From Candidatus Micrarchaeaceae archaeon (GTDB lineage: Archaea > Micrarchaeota > Micrarchaeia > Micrarchaeales > CABMGC01), in contig JAVZVY010000007.1 in assembly GCA_038878295.1 (NCBI GenBank), positions 5,660 to 34,254 on the forward strand: DNA of 28,595 nt. Direction: 5' to 3'. This document shows, piece after piece, positions 18,301-25,440 of the stretch (the first letter of the stretch is position 1; each line of letters starts with the position of its first letter). Under the pieces are notes generated by a model. The model saw only the letters and a program-made list of their open reading frames with translations, was not told the origin of the DNA and did not search any database. Made by a program: the position numbers and the translations under genes.

Positions 18301-18391
18301 CCTGGCTGGGCTTAATTCCAGAGATAATCTCATTGAGCGACGGTACATTTTCCTGCGCGGAATCAGAACCTGCGCTATCAGCTAAAAGCAT
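15377..18391 (-). CDS. Large membrane-anchored surface protein with four right-handed beta-helix (NosD/PbH1-like) modules
   Basis: Gln/Pro-rich N-terminus, KKRK, one TM helix, Thr-rich linker, then repeated YGIxL/SxNNxI/NNxIxNN parallel beta-helix coils with Cys-rich caps. Start at ATG 18391 (GGTG upstream) or GTG 18397. Confidence 0.85.
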   Translation of the reverse strand: MLLADSAGSDSAQENVPSLNEIISGIKPSQGQTQAAQQQVKQQPPQPPPPQPGQPQQNRQQKKRKSGTLILLTVLVVAIAIGGAAAFALMHKPSKTTTSTTVPTTTVPAVKLAQITGCMNITSPGKYYLQHSIKVKLSQGACLNVTSNNVELIGNGNAINGSGPFSGIPPFTYGIIVGRVQNVTISGFGVYQFSYGIALQGSNGVTILQSNFSKDTMSGIYLNDSSNNRILDSYVYAAASKQGGISIVLGSNNTIENNTIANNAYYGLVLNSTQNRFINDRFLNNPSDMICNATAGVRDANAFYNSSCSSNYYCNFAKCSQINTPLNISMIHLSQSVSSCGGIYSPGVYRLQKDLNAADYLNMSNYESASIPCINVLSPNVKLECGGHAIENSGYGVSIKGLYNDTVDGCTISNSTYGIYIEGDFYPKVQNDSLDGNEYGVFVNNTNQFSGSNITTKENTYGIFINNDSGTFISSFSGTGNKYGVYMNSGNGNSFSNGFLENNTKADFYCSAASYNSTTNLLQSTKCGVTDCNWANCAQHALPPISIYPLSECGAISLPGNYSLESNVASQGTCISINANNVNLNCNGRLLTGYLTGTGISISGSNDSIENCNVVRFDKGVTINNASYASLEYINISGVGSGVQVSNSMYDKIINVAVKSFSRVGGFFFDNVSNSVITSDSAAYGINSTSGFMIVNSSNDLISYDNASSNIGYGFDFVNSNSNNVFNNTAYANRPYDYACNPRSSGLYAELNGVNFGGTKSDCNWLVELTPLTMQPSCYAISSGSQITLTNDMLYPYGATCYNIYNTLGSSANFTTINCNYHTVLATNGGTFVNIVNASNVKIENCFIKDFTMGVASKGSYTNVYNNVFGSDGSAIAISGASYPNIQNNIIMNSSYGIRLENDLYGKFINNSIFDTNVSFEYSGGGASTISSTNAKYGGIGLYIINSTLNILQDNVLENMSDYGIICTGGATNSSSLNKDFGGNICSSNKNCFWMTTSPACKAG

Positions 18392-18476
18392 CAACACACC
18401 ATTGCACGCTATACTTTATTTGAAGCAATACTTTAATAAAATAAAAGCATTTATTAGTATCGATTTGGTTTCAGAC

Positions 18477-18586
18477 GCCTCGGTAGCTCAGTGGTAGAGC
18501 GCCTGTCTCGTAAACTTCTTGGAAAGAAGTTTAACCAAGAAGGGCAGGATAACAGGAGGTCGAGGGTTCAAATCCCTCTCGGGGCT
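18477..18586 (+). tRNA. tRNA-Thr(CGU) with a 38-nt intron (18513-18550, most likely position 37/38)
   Basis: Acceptor GCCTCGG/TCGGGGC, D-arm GCTC/GAGC, anticodon stem CCTGT/ACAGG with CT-CGT-A|A loop, T-arm GAGGG-TTCAAAT-CCCTC, discriminator U. CCA not encoded. Confidence 0.93.
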
Positions 18587-18619
18587 ATCAAAATCACACG
18601 CCCAAATAAAAGTCTAACA

Positions 18620-19246
18620 TCATTCGAGGCTGCACAGCATCACAACAATGTCTTCGAAGAAGAAGTGTTTCTTAGTTTCTTGCAGTATTTTATAACCAAT
18701 TGCAACCATGCTTCCTTTTAGTTTGCCAAGGTTGCTTGCTGAGCTCGACACCAGTATTACCTTGCCATCGCCTTTTAGATGATCCTTTGCGCCTTCCAGA
18801 AATTTAACAGACACCTCTATGCCTTCTCTGCCGCCATCCCAGCTTTTCGCAACCTGCACCGAAAGCATATCAAGCTGCGAATGCCTTAGGTAAGGTGCAT
18901 TGAATATTATCAAATCAAACCTGCCATCCAGGCTCGAGAAAAGGTCGCTCTGCACAAATTCGCATCTGCATGCCTTTGGCAGCATGCTTATATTCCTGTT
19001 GTAGTTAGCTTCTGAAAGCGCCACAGCATTTTTATTCATGTCAGCAAACACAACGCTGCGCGCCTTTCCGGTCTTTGCAGCTATGAGGCCGAGTATGCCA
19101 GTGCCGGATCCCAGGTCGAGCACATCCACACTTCCTGGCAGCGTGTTCATGTATGCTTCTATGAAATCAGCAGCCATGAAAGAGTCTTCTGCAGGTTCAT
19201 AAACATAATCAGAAGTTTCTATATCTAGCGACTTGTATTCGAGCAC
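18620..19246 (-). CDS. HemK/Mtq2-family SAM-dependent methyltransferase (putative release-factor Gln N5-MTase)
   Basis: VYEPAEDSF, VLDLGSGTG, FDLIIFNAPY (NPPY-like), WDGGREG and FFFEDI. Start likely GTG 19246 with GGTG upstream; the ORF extends to 19264. Confidence 0.9.
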   Translation of the reverse strand: MLEYKSLDIETSDYVYEPAEDSFMAADFIEAYMNTLPGSVDVLDLGSGTGILGLIAAKTGKARSVVFADMNKNAVALSEANYNRNISMLPKACRCEFVQSDLFSSLDGRFDLIIFNAPYLRHSQLDMLSVQVAKSWDGGREGIEVSVKFLEGAKDHLKGDGKVILVSSSASNLGKLKGSMVAIGYKILQETKKHFFFEDIVVMLCSLE

Positions 19247-19267
19247 AGTTGCACCGTGGCGCAATCA

Positions 19268-19306
19268 TAAAATAGAAATAGAAAAAAGAAAAAAAGAAAA
19301 ACAAAG
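19268..19306 (-). terminator. Oligo-U-rich tract downstream of the DUF1059 gene (putative archaeal terminator)
   Basis: The + strand reads AAAATAGAAATAGAAAAAAGAAAAAAAGAAAAACAAAG, i.e. T-runs on the coding strand just 3' of the stop at 19334. Confidence 0.5.
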
Positions 19307-19333
19307 GTAGACGAAATGGCTTAAGCTCAACCT

Positions 19334-19507
19334 TCAGACTTCCTTTATCGCAGCCTGAATCTTCGCCATAGTGGCTGCGTCTATTGTCTTCATTCCGTGC
19401 GCCTTTCTTGCGTGGTCCTGTATCTTCTTCATAAGTTTGTCCATGTCGTTGTCCTTAGCGGTGAACCCACAGCTCATACCTATATCTGCACATGCAAAGC
19501 TCTTCAT
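19334..19507 (-). CDS. DUF1059 family small putative metal-binding protein
   Basis: MKSFACADIGMSCGF..ELM-like..HARKAHGM (C-x6-C..H-x4-H pattern). Start at ATG 19507. Confidence 0.88.
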   Translation of the reverse strand: MKSFACADIGMSCGFTAKDNDMDKLMKKIQDHARKAHGMKTIDAATMAKIQAAIKEV

Positions 19508-19695
19508 AGGAATCACGAATAACTTTTCTTTTTTAAGATTTAAAAAGCAGAGCCCTATTTGGCAAATCTTTTAAAGCCTTTTTATTTTTGGAACGGTATA
19601 TAAAGTGATTCGCCCCTGCATTTATACGCTTGTAAACTTTCTCAGGCGCATAAGAATCCTTTTATTTGTTTTTTCGCTAAGATAATTGTGGGCTT

Positions 19696-21474
19696 ATGCT
19701 GTTCGAGGAAATGGCTAAAGATTTTGAAAAACTTGAATCCACTTCATCGAGGCTCGCAATGGTCGATATACTTACTGATACTCTGAAAAACGCAAATAAA
19801 AGCGAGATAGAGAGCATCGTTTACATGATACAGGGGATGCTCGCTCCTCCTTTCAAGGGCATACAAATAGGAATGGCCGAGAAGTTTGCCGAGGAGGCTA
19901 TAGCTCTCACAACCGGCTACACAAAAGAGGAAGTTGTCGCGAGCTTCAGGAAGACGGGCGACCTTGGCGCCACAGCTGAGCAATTCGTTTCAAAGAGCAA
20001 GGCAAGGCCGCTGAGCAAAAAGCACCTCGAGATAAACGAAGTGTTCGCGACATTCTACAAGATAGCCACAATATCCGGCCAGGGCAGCCAGGATGCAAAG
20101 ATAAAGATGCTTGCAGAGCTTCTCTCGAGGTCTACACCTATTGAGGCAAGGTACGTGGTGCGCTTCGTAATGGGCACACTGAGGCTCGGCGTAGGCGACG
20201 CTACTATACTTGAGGCGCTTTCTAAGCTGGCAACCGGCGAGCGTGGCTTCAAGGAGAAGCTTGAAAACGCCTACAACATGTGCAGCGACTTGGGCAGGGT
20301 CGCAAATGTGCTGCTCGAAAAGGGCGTCAAAGCCATAGAAAATTTCGATGTTGTGCTTTTCAACCCCATAAGACCAGCGCTTGCCGAGCGCATGCCAACG
20401 CCAGAAGAAATTCTCAAAAAGATGGGCGGGGTCTGCGCAGTGGAGAGCAAATACGACGGCCTAAGGGCACAAATACACATGAGAAAGCAAGACCGCAAGG
20501 TAGAGATCTTCTCAAGGCGCCTTGAGCGCATAACCCCAATGTTTCCGGAAATCGCGGCAGCTGCGCTTTCCGAGATAAATGCCAAGGAAGCCATTCTTGA
20601 CGGCGAGGCCATATCATACAACGAGGTCACAGACGAATTCAGGCCTTTCCAGGAAACCATACAAAGAAAAAGGAAGCACGGCGTAGAAGACATGAGCAAG
20701 GAGATGCCGCTGCACGTATTCGCGTTCGATTTGCTTTACTATGATGGCGAAAGCTACATAAACAAGCCTTATTCTGAGAGGCGCAAGAAGCTGGAAGAAA
20801 TAGTCGCAAACAAAGGTACGATAAGGCTTGCGGACAAAATAGAAACAGACTCGCCAAAGGAGTTCGAAAGATACTTTAACGACGTCATAGAGAGGGGGCT
20901 TGAGGGCATAGTGGCAAAGGACCTCAAATCAAAGTATGTTGCTGGAGCGAGGAAATTCAGCTGGATAAAAATGAAGAGGAGCTACAGGGGCGAGCTCACC
21001 GACACAGTAGACCTTACGATAGTTGGCTACTATCTTGGCAAGGGCGTGAGGGCAGAATTCAAATTCGGCGGTCTGCTTTGCGCAGTTTATAACGACAAAA
21101 GAGACATGTTCGAGACTATAACAAAGATAGGCACAGGATTCAGCGAGGCTCAGATGGAGGAATTCAGGAAGATGCTTGAGAAAATAACAACAAAAAGCAA
21201 GCCAGCAAGAGTCGATTCAAAGATAAGCCCAGACTTCTGGGTTGAGCCTAAATATGTCGTCACTGTAAAAGCAGACGAGATTACAAGATCGCCAATGCAC
21301 ACGTGCGGCATGGAAACACGCGAAGGCGAAGTGCCAACCGGTTACGCGCTGAGGTTCCCGAGGATAATCGGTTCGGTCAGGGCCGACAAAAGCCCAGAGG
21401 ATTCGACGACAACCAAAGAAATAATAGAGATGTTCAATAATCAGAAAAAGGAAAGGATAGAAGACGCGAAGTAA
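19696..21474 (+). CDS. lig: ATP-dependent DNA ligase
   Basis: Motif I ESKYDGLRAQ, ILDGE, FAFDLLY, EGIVAK, WIKMK and ALRFPR. Confidence 0.97.
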   Translation: MLFEEMAKDFEKLESTSSRLAMVDILTDTLKNANKSEIESIVYMIQGMLAPPFKGIQIGMAEKFAEEAIALTTGYTKEEVVASFRKTGDLGATAEQFVSKSKARPLSKKHLEINEVFATFYKIATISGQGSQDAKIKMLAELLSRSTPIEARYVVRFVMGTLRLGVGDATILEALSKLATGERGFKEKLENAYNMCSDLGRVANVLLEKGVKAIENFDVVLFNPIRPALAERMPTPEEILKKMGGVCAVESKYDGLRAQIHMRKQDRKVEIFSRRLERITPMFPEIAAAALSEINAKEAILDGEAISYNEVTDEFRPFQETIQRKRKHGVEDMSKEMPLHVFAFDLLYYDGESYINKPYSERRKKLEEIVANKGTIRLADKIETDSPKEFERYFNDVIERGLEGIVAKDLKSKYVAGARKFSWIKMKRSYRGELTDTVDLTIVGYYLGKGVRAEFKFGGLLCAVYNDKRDMFETITKIGTGFSEAQMEEFRKMLEKITTKSKPARVDSKISPDFWVEPKYVVTVKADEITRSPMHTCGMETREGEVPTGYALRFPRIIGSVRADKSPEDSTTTKEIIEMFNNQKKERIEDAK

Positions 21475-21550
21475 TACACGATAGTTCCACTAAAAAATTT
21501 CCATGCAAATCTTTTTAAATCTATACAAATATATTATAAGCGGCGATCAG

Positions 21551-22594
21551 ATGACCGGTTTCGAGAGCGAATTTTTGGGCAAGAGCGATAATGAGCAGGC
21601 AATGCCACAGATAAAGATAGTAACGCTCGGCGCAGGGGGTGCTGGAAACAACACCATAAACAGGCTGCTTAAGGTTGGCGTGAAAGGCACTGAGCTTGTT
21701 GCCGTGAATACGGATGCGCAGCATTTCAAGATAATAGACGACAGGATAAAGAAGATACTTATTGGGAAGAGCATAACCAGGGGCCTGGGTGCCGGCGGCG
21801 ATCCAGCAATCGGCGCAAAGGCCGCTGAGGTCGACAGGCAAGTCCTGGAAGAGGTGCTTTCAGGTGCTCAGCTTGTATTCCTGTGCGCGGGCATGGGCGG
21901 CGGCACAGGCACAGGATCATTGCCAGTGATAGCCCAGATTGCAAAGGAGCAGGGCGCAATAGTAGTTGCAATGGTCACGTATCCTTTCGACCTTGAGCGC
22001 ATAAGGAAGGTCAAGGCAGAAGAGGGCATACAGCAGCTCAGGAAATACAGCGACAGTGTGATAATACTCGACAACAACAGGCTTGTCAAGCTGGTGCCGA
22101 ACCTGCCTATGAACGACGCGTTTGCCGTTGCAGACGACATACTTGCAAAGGCAATCGGCGGGCTTGTCTGGACTATAACGCAGCCGAGCTTGATCAACAT
22201 AGACTTTGCGGATGTTAGAGCCATAATGGGAAGCGGCGATGTCGGCTTCATATCAGTTGGAACAGGCAAGGGCAACGAAAGGGTTGCTGCGGCAGCTGAA
22301 GCTGTCCTAAAGAACAAGTTGCTTGATGTAGACTTCGAGAACGCTAAGGGCGCATTGGTTCACATATCTGGCGCTTCTGACCTTACTCTCGGCGACGCTA
22401 TAAAAGCTGGAGAGATGATAACAGAGCGCATGGACCCTAATGCAAACGTCAAGTGGGGCGCAAGGATAATACCAGGCTACGAAGGGCAGCTCGAGATTGT
22501 CGCAATCGTAACCGGAGTGAGCGGCGCAAGCATACTAGGCAAGTTTGCCGAAAAAGCTAAAGACAGAAACCTTGGCGACATAGAAATGATATAG
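21551..22594 (+). CDS. ftsZ: Cell division protein FtsZ (paralog A, FtsZ2-like)
   Basis: GAGGAGNN, NTD, GLGAGGDP, GMGGGTGTG and T7 loop INIDFAD; C-terminal LGDIEMI. Start moved to ATG 21551. Confidence 0.96.
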   Translation: MTGFESEFLGKSDNEQAMPQIKIVTLGAGGAGNNTINRLLKVGVKGTELVAVNTDAQHFKIIDDRIKKILIGKSITRGLGAGGDPAIGAKAAEVDRQVLEEVLSGAQLVFLCAGMGGGTGTGSLPVIAQIAKEQGAIVVAMVTYPFDLERIRKVKAEEGIQQLRKYSDSVIILDNNRLVKLVPNLPMNDAFAVADDILAKAIGGLVWTITQPSLINIDFADVRAIMGSGDVGFISVGTGKGNERVAAAAEAVLKNKLLDVDFENAKGALVHISGASDLTLGDAIKAGEMITERMDPNANVKWGARIIPGYEGQLEIVAIVTGVSGASILGKFAEKAKDRNLGDIEMI

Positions 22595-22620
22595 TTGCGT
22601 TTAAGTTTTTTGGTGTGGAA

Positions 22621-23640
22621 ATGGTGGCAGAGAACGCAAATGACGAGTTTACCCCGAAGATCGCCGTTGTTGGGGTTGGCGGCCAAGGTAGCAACCTTGT
22701 GACAAGACTTTTCAATTCTGGGATGCAGAGCGCTGACATAATAGCGATGAACACGGATCTTGCCCATTTGAATAGCGTTACCAGGGCCCATAAGAAGATA
22801 CTTCTCGGCAAGGAGATAACTAACGGCCTGGGCGCAGGCGGTTATCCAGAGGTTGCGGCAAAGTGCGCAGATGCAAGCAGAGCCGAAATAGAAAAAGCAC
22901 TTGAGGGCTACGACCTTGTATTTGTATGTGCGGGCATGGGCGGCGGCACAGGCACAGGCGCTGCTCCAGTGATCGCTCGCATAGCTAAGGAGCAGGGCTC
23001 TACAGTAATAGGCGCGGTCACGTATCCGTTTGCGCTTGAAAGGAGCAGAAAGCAAAAGGCTGATTGGGGCATAAACATGCTGCTCAAGGAGGTTGATACG
23101 CTAATCCCTATAGAAAACGACAAGCTTCTCTCGTATGTGCCTAACCTGCCGATAGAGAAGGCGTTCGCGCTTGTAGACAACATAGTAGGCAATGCTGTGA
23201 AGGGCATAGCCGACACAATAATGTTGCCAAGCCTCATAAACCTTGATTTTGCTGACCTGCGAACAATAGTAAGGAATGGCGGCATTGCCGTAATAAGCAT
23301 TGGCAACGGCTCTGGCACTGAAAGAATAGAGCAGGCGATAAGGTCCACGAGGCAGCACCCTCTGCTCACTGTTGATTATGAGGGCGCAAAGAGCGCGCTC
23401 GTGCACGTGATAGGCGGCATGAACCTCACAATAGACGAGGCGACAAGGCTCGGAAACGGCGTCACAGAAGGCATAGCGGACGATGCGAACGTCATATTTG
23501 GAGCAAGGATGATACCAGAACTCAACGACCAAATAAGAGTGATGAGCGTAATTACCGGCGTCAAAGCGAAGTTCGGAATAAAGGACCAGGAAACGCACGC
23601 TCCTGCACTCAAGATAGAATCTATAGAAGAAATCTACTGA
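22621..23640 (+). CDS. ftsZ: Cell division protein FtsZ (paralog B, FtsZ2-like)
   Basis: GVGGQGSN, NTD, GLGAGGYP, GMGGGTGTG and INLDFAD; C-terminal IESIEEIY. ATG 22621 follows a GGTG SD. Confidence 0.95.
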   Translation: MVAENANDEFTPKIAVVGVGGQGSNLVTRLFNSGMQSADIIAMNTDLAHLNSVTRAHKKILLGKEITNGLGAGGYPEVAAKCADASRAEIEKALEGYDLVFVCAGMGGGTGTGAAPVIARIAKEQGSTVIGAVTYPFALERSRKQKADWGINMLLKEVDTLIPIENDKLLSYVPNLPIEKAFALVDNIVGNAVKGIADTIMLPSLINLDFADLRTIVRNGGIAVISIGNGSGTERIEQAIRSTRQHPLLTVDYEGAKSALVHVIGGMNLTIDEATRLGNGVTEGIADDANVIFGARMIPELNDQIRVMSVITGVKAKFGIKDQETHAPALKIESIEEIY

Positions 23641-23759
23641 ATCGGGCTCGGGCTCAAATTACGTTATCAAGCCATTCTGCATTTGGAGCCTTCGCGCTGA
23701 AAAGCAGCACCAGCATGTGAAGCAATATAAATCTTTTCGCCTAATATTAATCGCTTTAT

Positions 23760-23799
23760 TTGGGATGCAGAGCCTATGCGAAGCAGCCTTGCGTCTCAA
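23760..23799 (+). promoter_or_regulatory. Predicted stem-loop in the eIF5A 5' leader
   Basis: TTGGGATGCA (23760-69) pairs with TGCGTCTCAA (23790-99), 10 bp with two G-U pairs; apical TGC-GAA-GCA. Confidence 0.5.
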
Positions 23800-23813
23800 T
23801 CTTTGGTGAGCTG

Positions 23814-24212
23814 ATGACAGAAGGCGTAACATATGCTTCTATGAAGGATCTAAGGCCTGGAAGATTTGTACTTATAGACGGTGCACCTTGCAGAGTCGTT
23901 GACGTTGAAACATCGGCGCCAGGAAAGCATGGCGCTGCTAAGATGCGAGTCACCGCCATGGGCATCTTTGACAATCAGAAGCGCACTCTGCTTAAACCGA
24001 GCGACGCTGACGTTGAGGTGCCGATCATAACAAAGAAGAAGGCTCAGGTTGTCTCTGTTACCGATTCTACAGCCCAGCTGATGGACATGGAAACTTATGA
24101 GACATATGAGCTCAGCATACCAGACGAGCTGAAGGGCAGCATAAAGCAGGGCGCAGAGATAGAAGTGATAGAAAGCATGGGCAGGCGCGCAATAGCAAGG
24201 TCATTGGGTTGA
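23814..24212 (+). CDS. eif5a: Translation factor aIF5A
   Basis: PGKHGAAK hypusination loop, VEVPIITKKKAQV and QLMDMETYET. ATG 23814 follows SD GGTGAG. Confidence 0.96.
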   Translation: MTEGVTYASMKDLRPGRFVLIDGAPCRVVDVETSAPGKHGAAKMRVTAMGIFDNQKRTLLKPSDADVEVPIITKKKAQVVSVTDSTAQLMDMETYETYELSIPDELKGSIKQGAEIEVIESMGRRAIARSLG

Positions 24213-24216
24213 TGCC

Positions 24217-24609
24217 ATGGAGATAGAGATAAAAAAGGAAGTAGATAACAAGTCATTGGGCAGAAGGGAGATATTCGCAGAAGTTTCATACAAGGGCAAA
24301 ACCCCATCAAAAGACGAGGTCAAAGAGGAGATTTGCAAGAGGAAGAACCTCAACCCAGAGGCAACAGTTGTTGTAAAGATAGAGCAGCTCTACGGCAGGA
24401 GCGTTAGCTCTGTTATAGTGCACAGCTATAGTTCAAAGGAAGCCATGCGCGCGGAGCACGAATATCTGATTAAAAGGGCCAGCAAGAAGGAGGCAAAGGG
24501 CGCTGGCGATGCCAAGGAAGCTGCGCAGGCGCAGGCCGCGCACGGCGAAGGCAAAGAATCCGGTGCAGAAAATGCCAGCGGCACCGAAAGTGAAAACAAA
24601 GAGGCATGA
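24217..24609 (+). CDS. rps24e: 30S ribosomal protein S24e with low-complexity C-terminal tail
   Basis: [34 protein letters not shown]; adjacent to S27ae as in the usual archaeal order. Confidence 0.9.
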   Translation: MEIEIKKEVDNKSLGRREIFAEVSYKGKTPSKDEVKEEICKRKNLNPEATVVVKIEQLYGRSVSSVIVHSYSSKEAMRAEHEYLIKRASKKEAKGAGDAKEAAQAQAAHGEGKESGAENASGTESENKEA

Positions 24610-24611
24610 TT

Positions 24612-24800
24612 ATGGCTGAAGAGAAAAAGAAAACGATAAAACCGTACAAACAGGGGAAGTTCTGTCCTAAGTGCGGCTCGAGAATGGCTGAGCACAGCGA
24701 CAGGTATACATGTGGCAAGTGCCACTACACAGAGTGGAAGGCAAACCAAAAGGCGAAGCAGGATGGCGGTGCAGAGGCGAAGAAAAGTCCAGCAAAGTAA
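24612..24800 (+). CDS. rps27ae: 30S ribosomal protein S27ae
   Basis: [26 protein letters not shown] zinc ribbon. Start at 24606 or 24612. Confidence 0.92.
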   Translation: MAEEKKKTIKPYKQGKFCPKCGSRMAEHSDRYTCGKCHYTEWKANQKAKQDGGAEAKKSPAK

Positions 24801-25440
24801 GCCTGGTCCTTCAAGGCTTGTTGCATATGCGGCTCTACTTATCCTTGTGGTCGCATTTTTTGCTGTAATAGAGCTTTTCGGCTACGGCTATCTGCAGATC
24901 AGCACAGCCAATTTCCTGCTAACTGCACTATTGTCGCTGTTTTTCCTTGTCACTCCAATAGCTTATCTCTTGCGCAGAAAATCCTTGGCTGATGTCCTTG
25001 ATGAAATAGGGCTCAGCAAGAGCCACGTTGCCGCTAAGTTCATCGGCATAGGGCTTCTGCTTTTCATAGCCGTGTTTATATTTGAACTTGCCATCAGTGC
25101 GTTTGTGTCTGCAACTGGCATAAGCATAAACACAAATGTCAGCGAACTGCTTTCAGGCGCGCCAATCTGGTTTCTTCTTTTCTCATTTATAATAGCGCCG
25201 ATAGACGAAGAGGTGCTCTTCAGAGGCTTTCTCGTGCCAAGAATAGGCATATTCTGGAGTGCGCTGATCTTTGGATTGCTTCATGCTGGCTATGCGTCCT
25301 CATTCGGCATAGACATGATTGCAGCGTTCATATTCGGCATAATTGCAGGATACATCTTCAAGAAGACAAAATCGCTGTATCCGTCAATAGTAGCGCACAT
25401 GCTTGTCAACCTGCTTGCAGTTGCTCTGTATGTGGTTTGA
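24763..25440 (+). CDS. CPBP (CAAX/Abi) family intramembrane metalloprotease
   Basis: [16 protein letters not shown] and IVAHMLVN motifs; multi-TM. Probable ATG 24763 overlaps rps27ae. Confidence 0.92.
   Translation: MAVQRRRKVQQSKPGPSRLVAYAALLILVVAFFAVIELFGYGYLQISTANFLLTALLSLFFLVTPIAYLLRRKSLADVLDEIGLSKSHVAAKFIGIGLLLFIAVFIFELAISAFVSATGISINTNVSELLSGAPIWFLLFSFIIAPIDEEVLFRGFLVPRIGIFWSALIFGLLHAGYASSFGIDMIAAFIFGIIAGYIFKKTKSLYPSIVAHMLVNLLAVALYVV

Noticed and set aside
18491..18721. 76-aa ORF on the + strand
   Set aside because: It overlaps the tRNA gene and the antisense end of the HemK-like gene; spurious.
19520..19690. AT-rich palindromes (e.g. TTTTTAA-GAT-TTAAAAA) between the DUF1059 gene and lig
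   Set aside because: Expected by chance in an AT-rich divergent promoter; not distinguishable from TATA elements.
18477..19700. Integrated element at the tRNA-Thr 3' end
   Set aside because: No integrase, no duplicated tRNA 3' fragment noticed by eye, and the flanking genes are housekeeping.
151..21474. Inteins or recoding in rfcS, infB, ileS or lig
   Set aside because: All have normal lengths with contiguous motifs and no in-frame stops or frameshifts.
23760..23799. SECIS or SRP RNA reading of the hairpin
   Set aside because: There is no in-frame UGA selenoprotein candidate nearby. It lacks the SRP helix-8 consensus and is far too short for archaeal SRP RNA.
24763..25440. CPBP/Abi protein as an anti-phage defence system
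   Set aside because: The Abi family name is historical. The gene sits in a housekeeping operon with no defence-island context.
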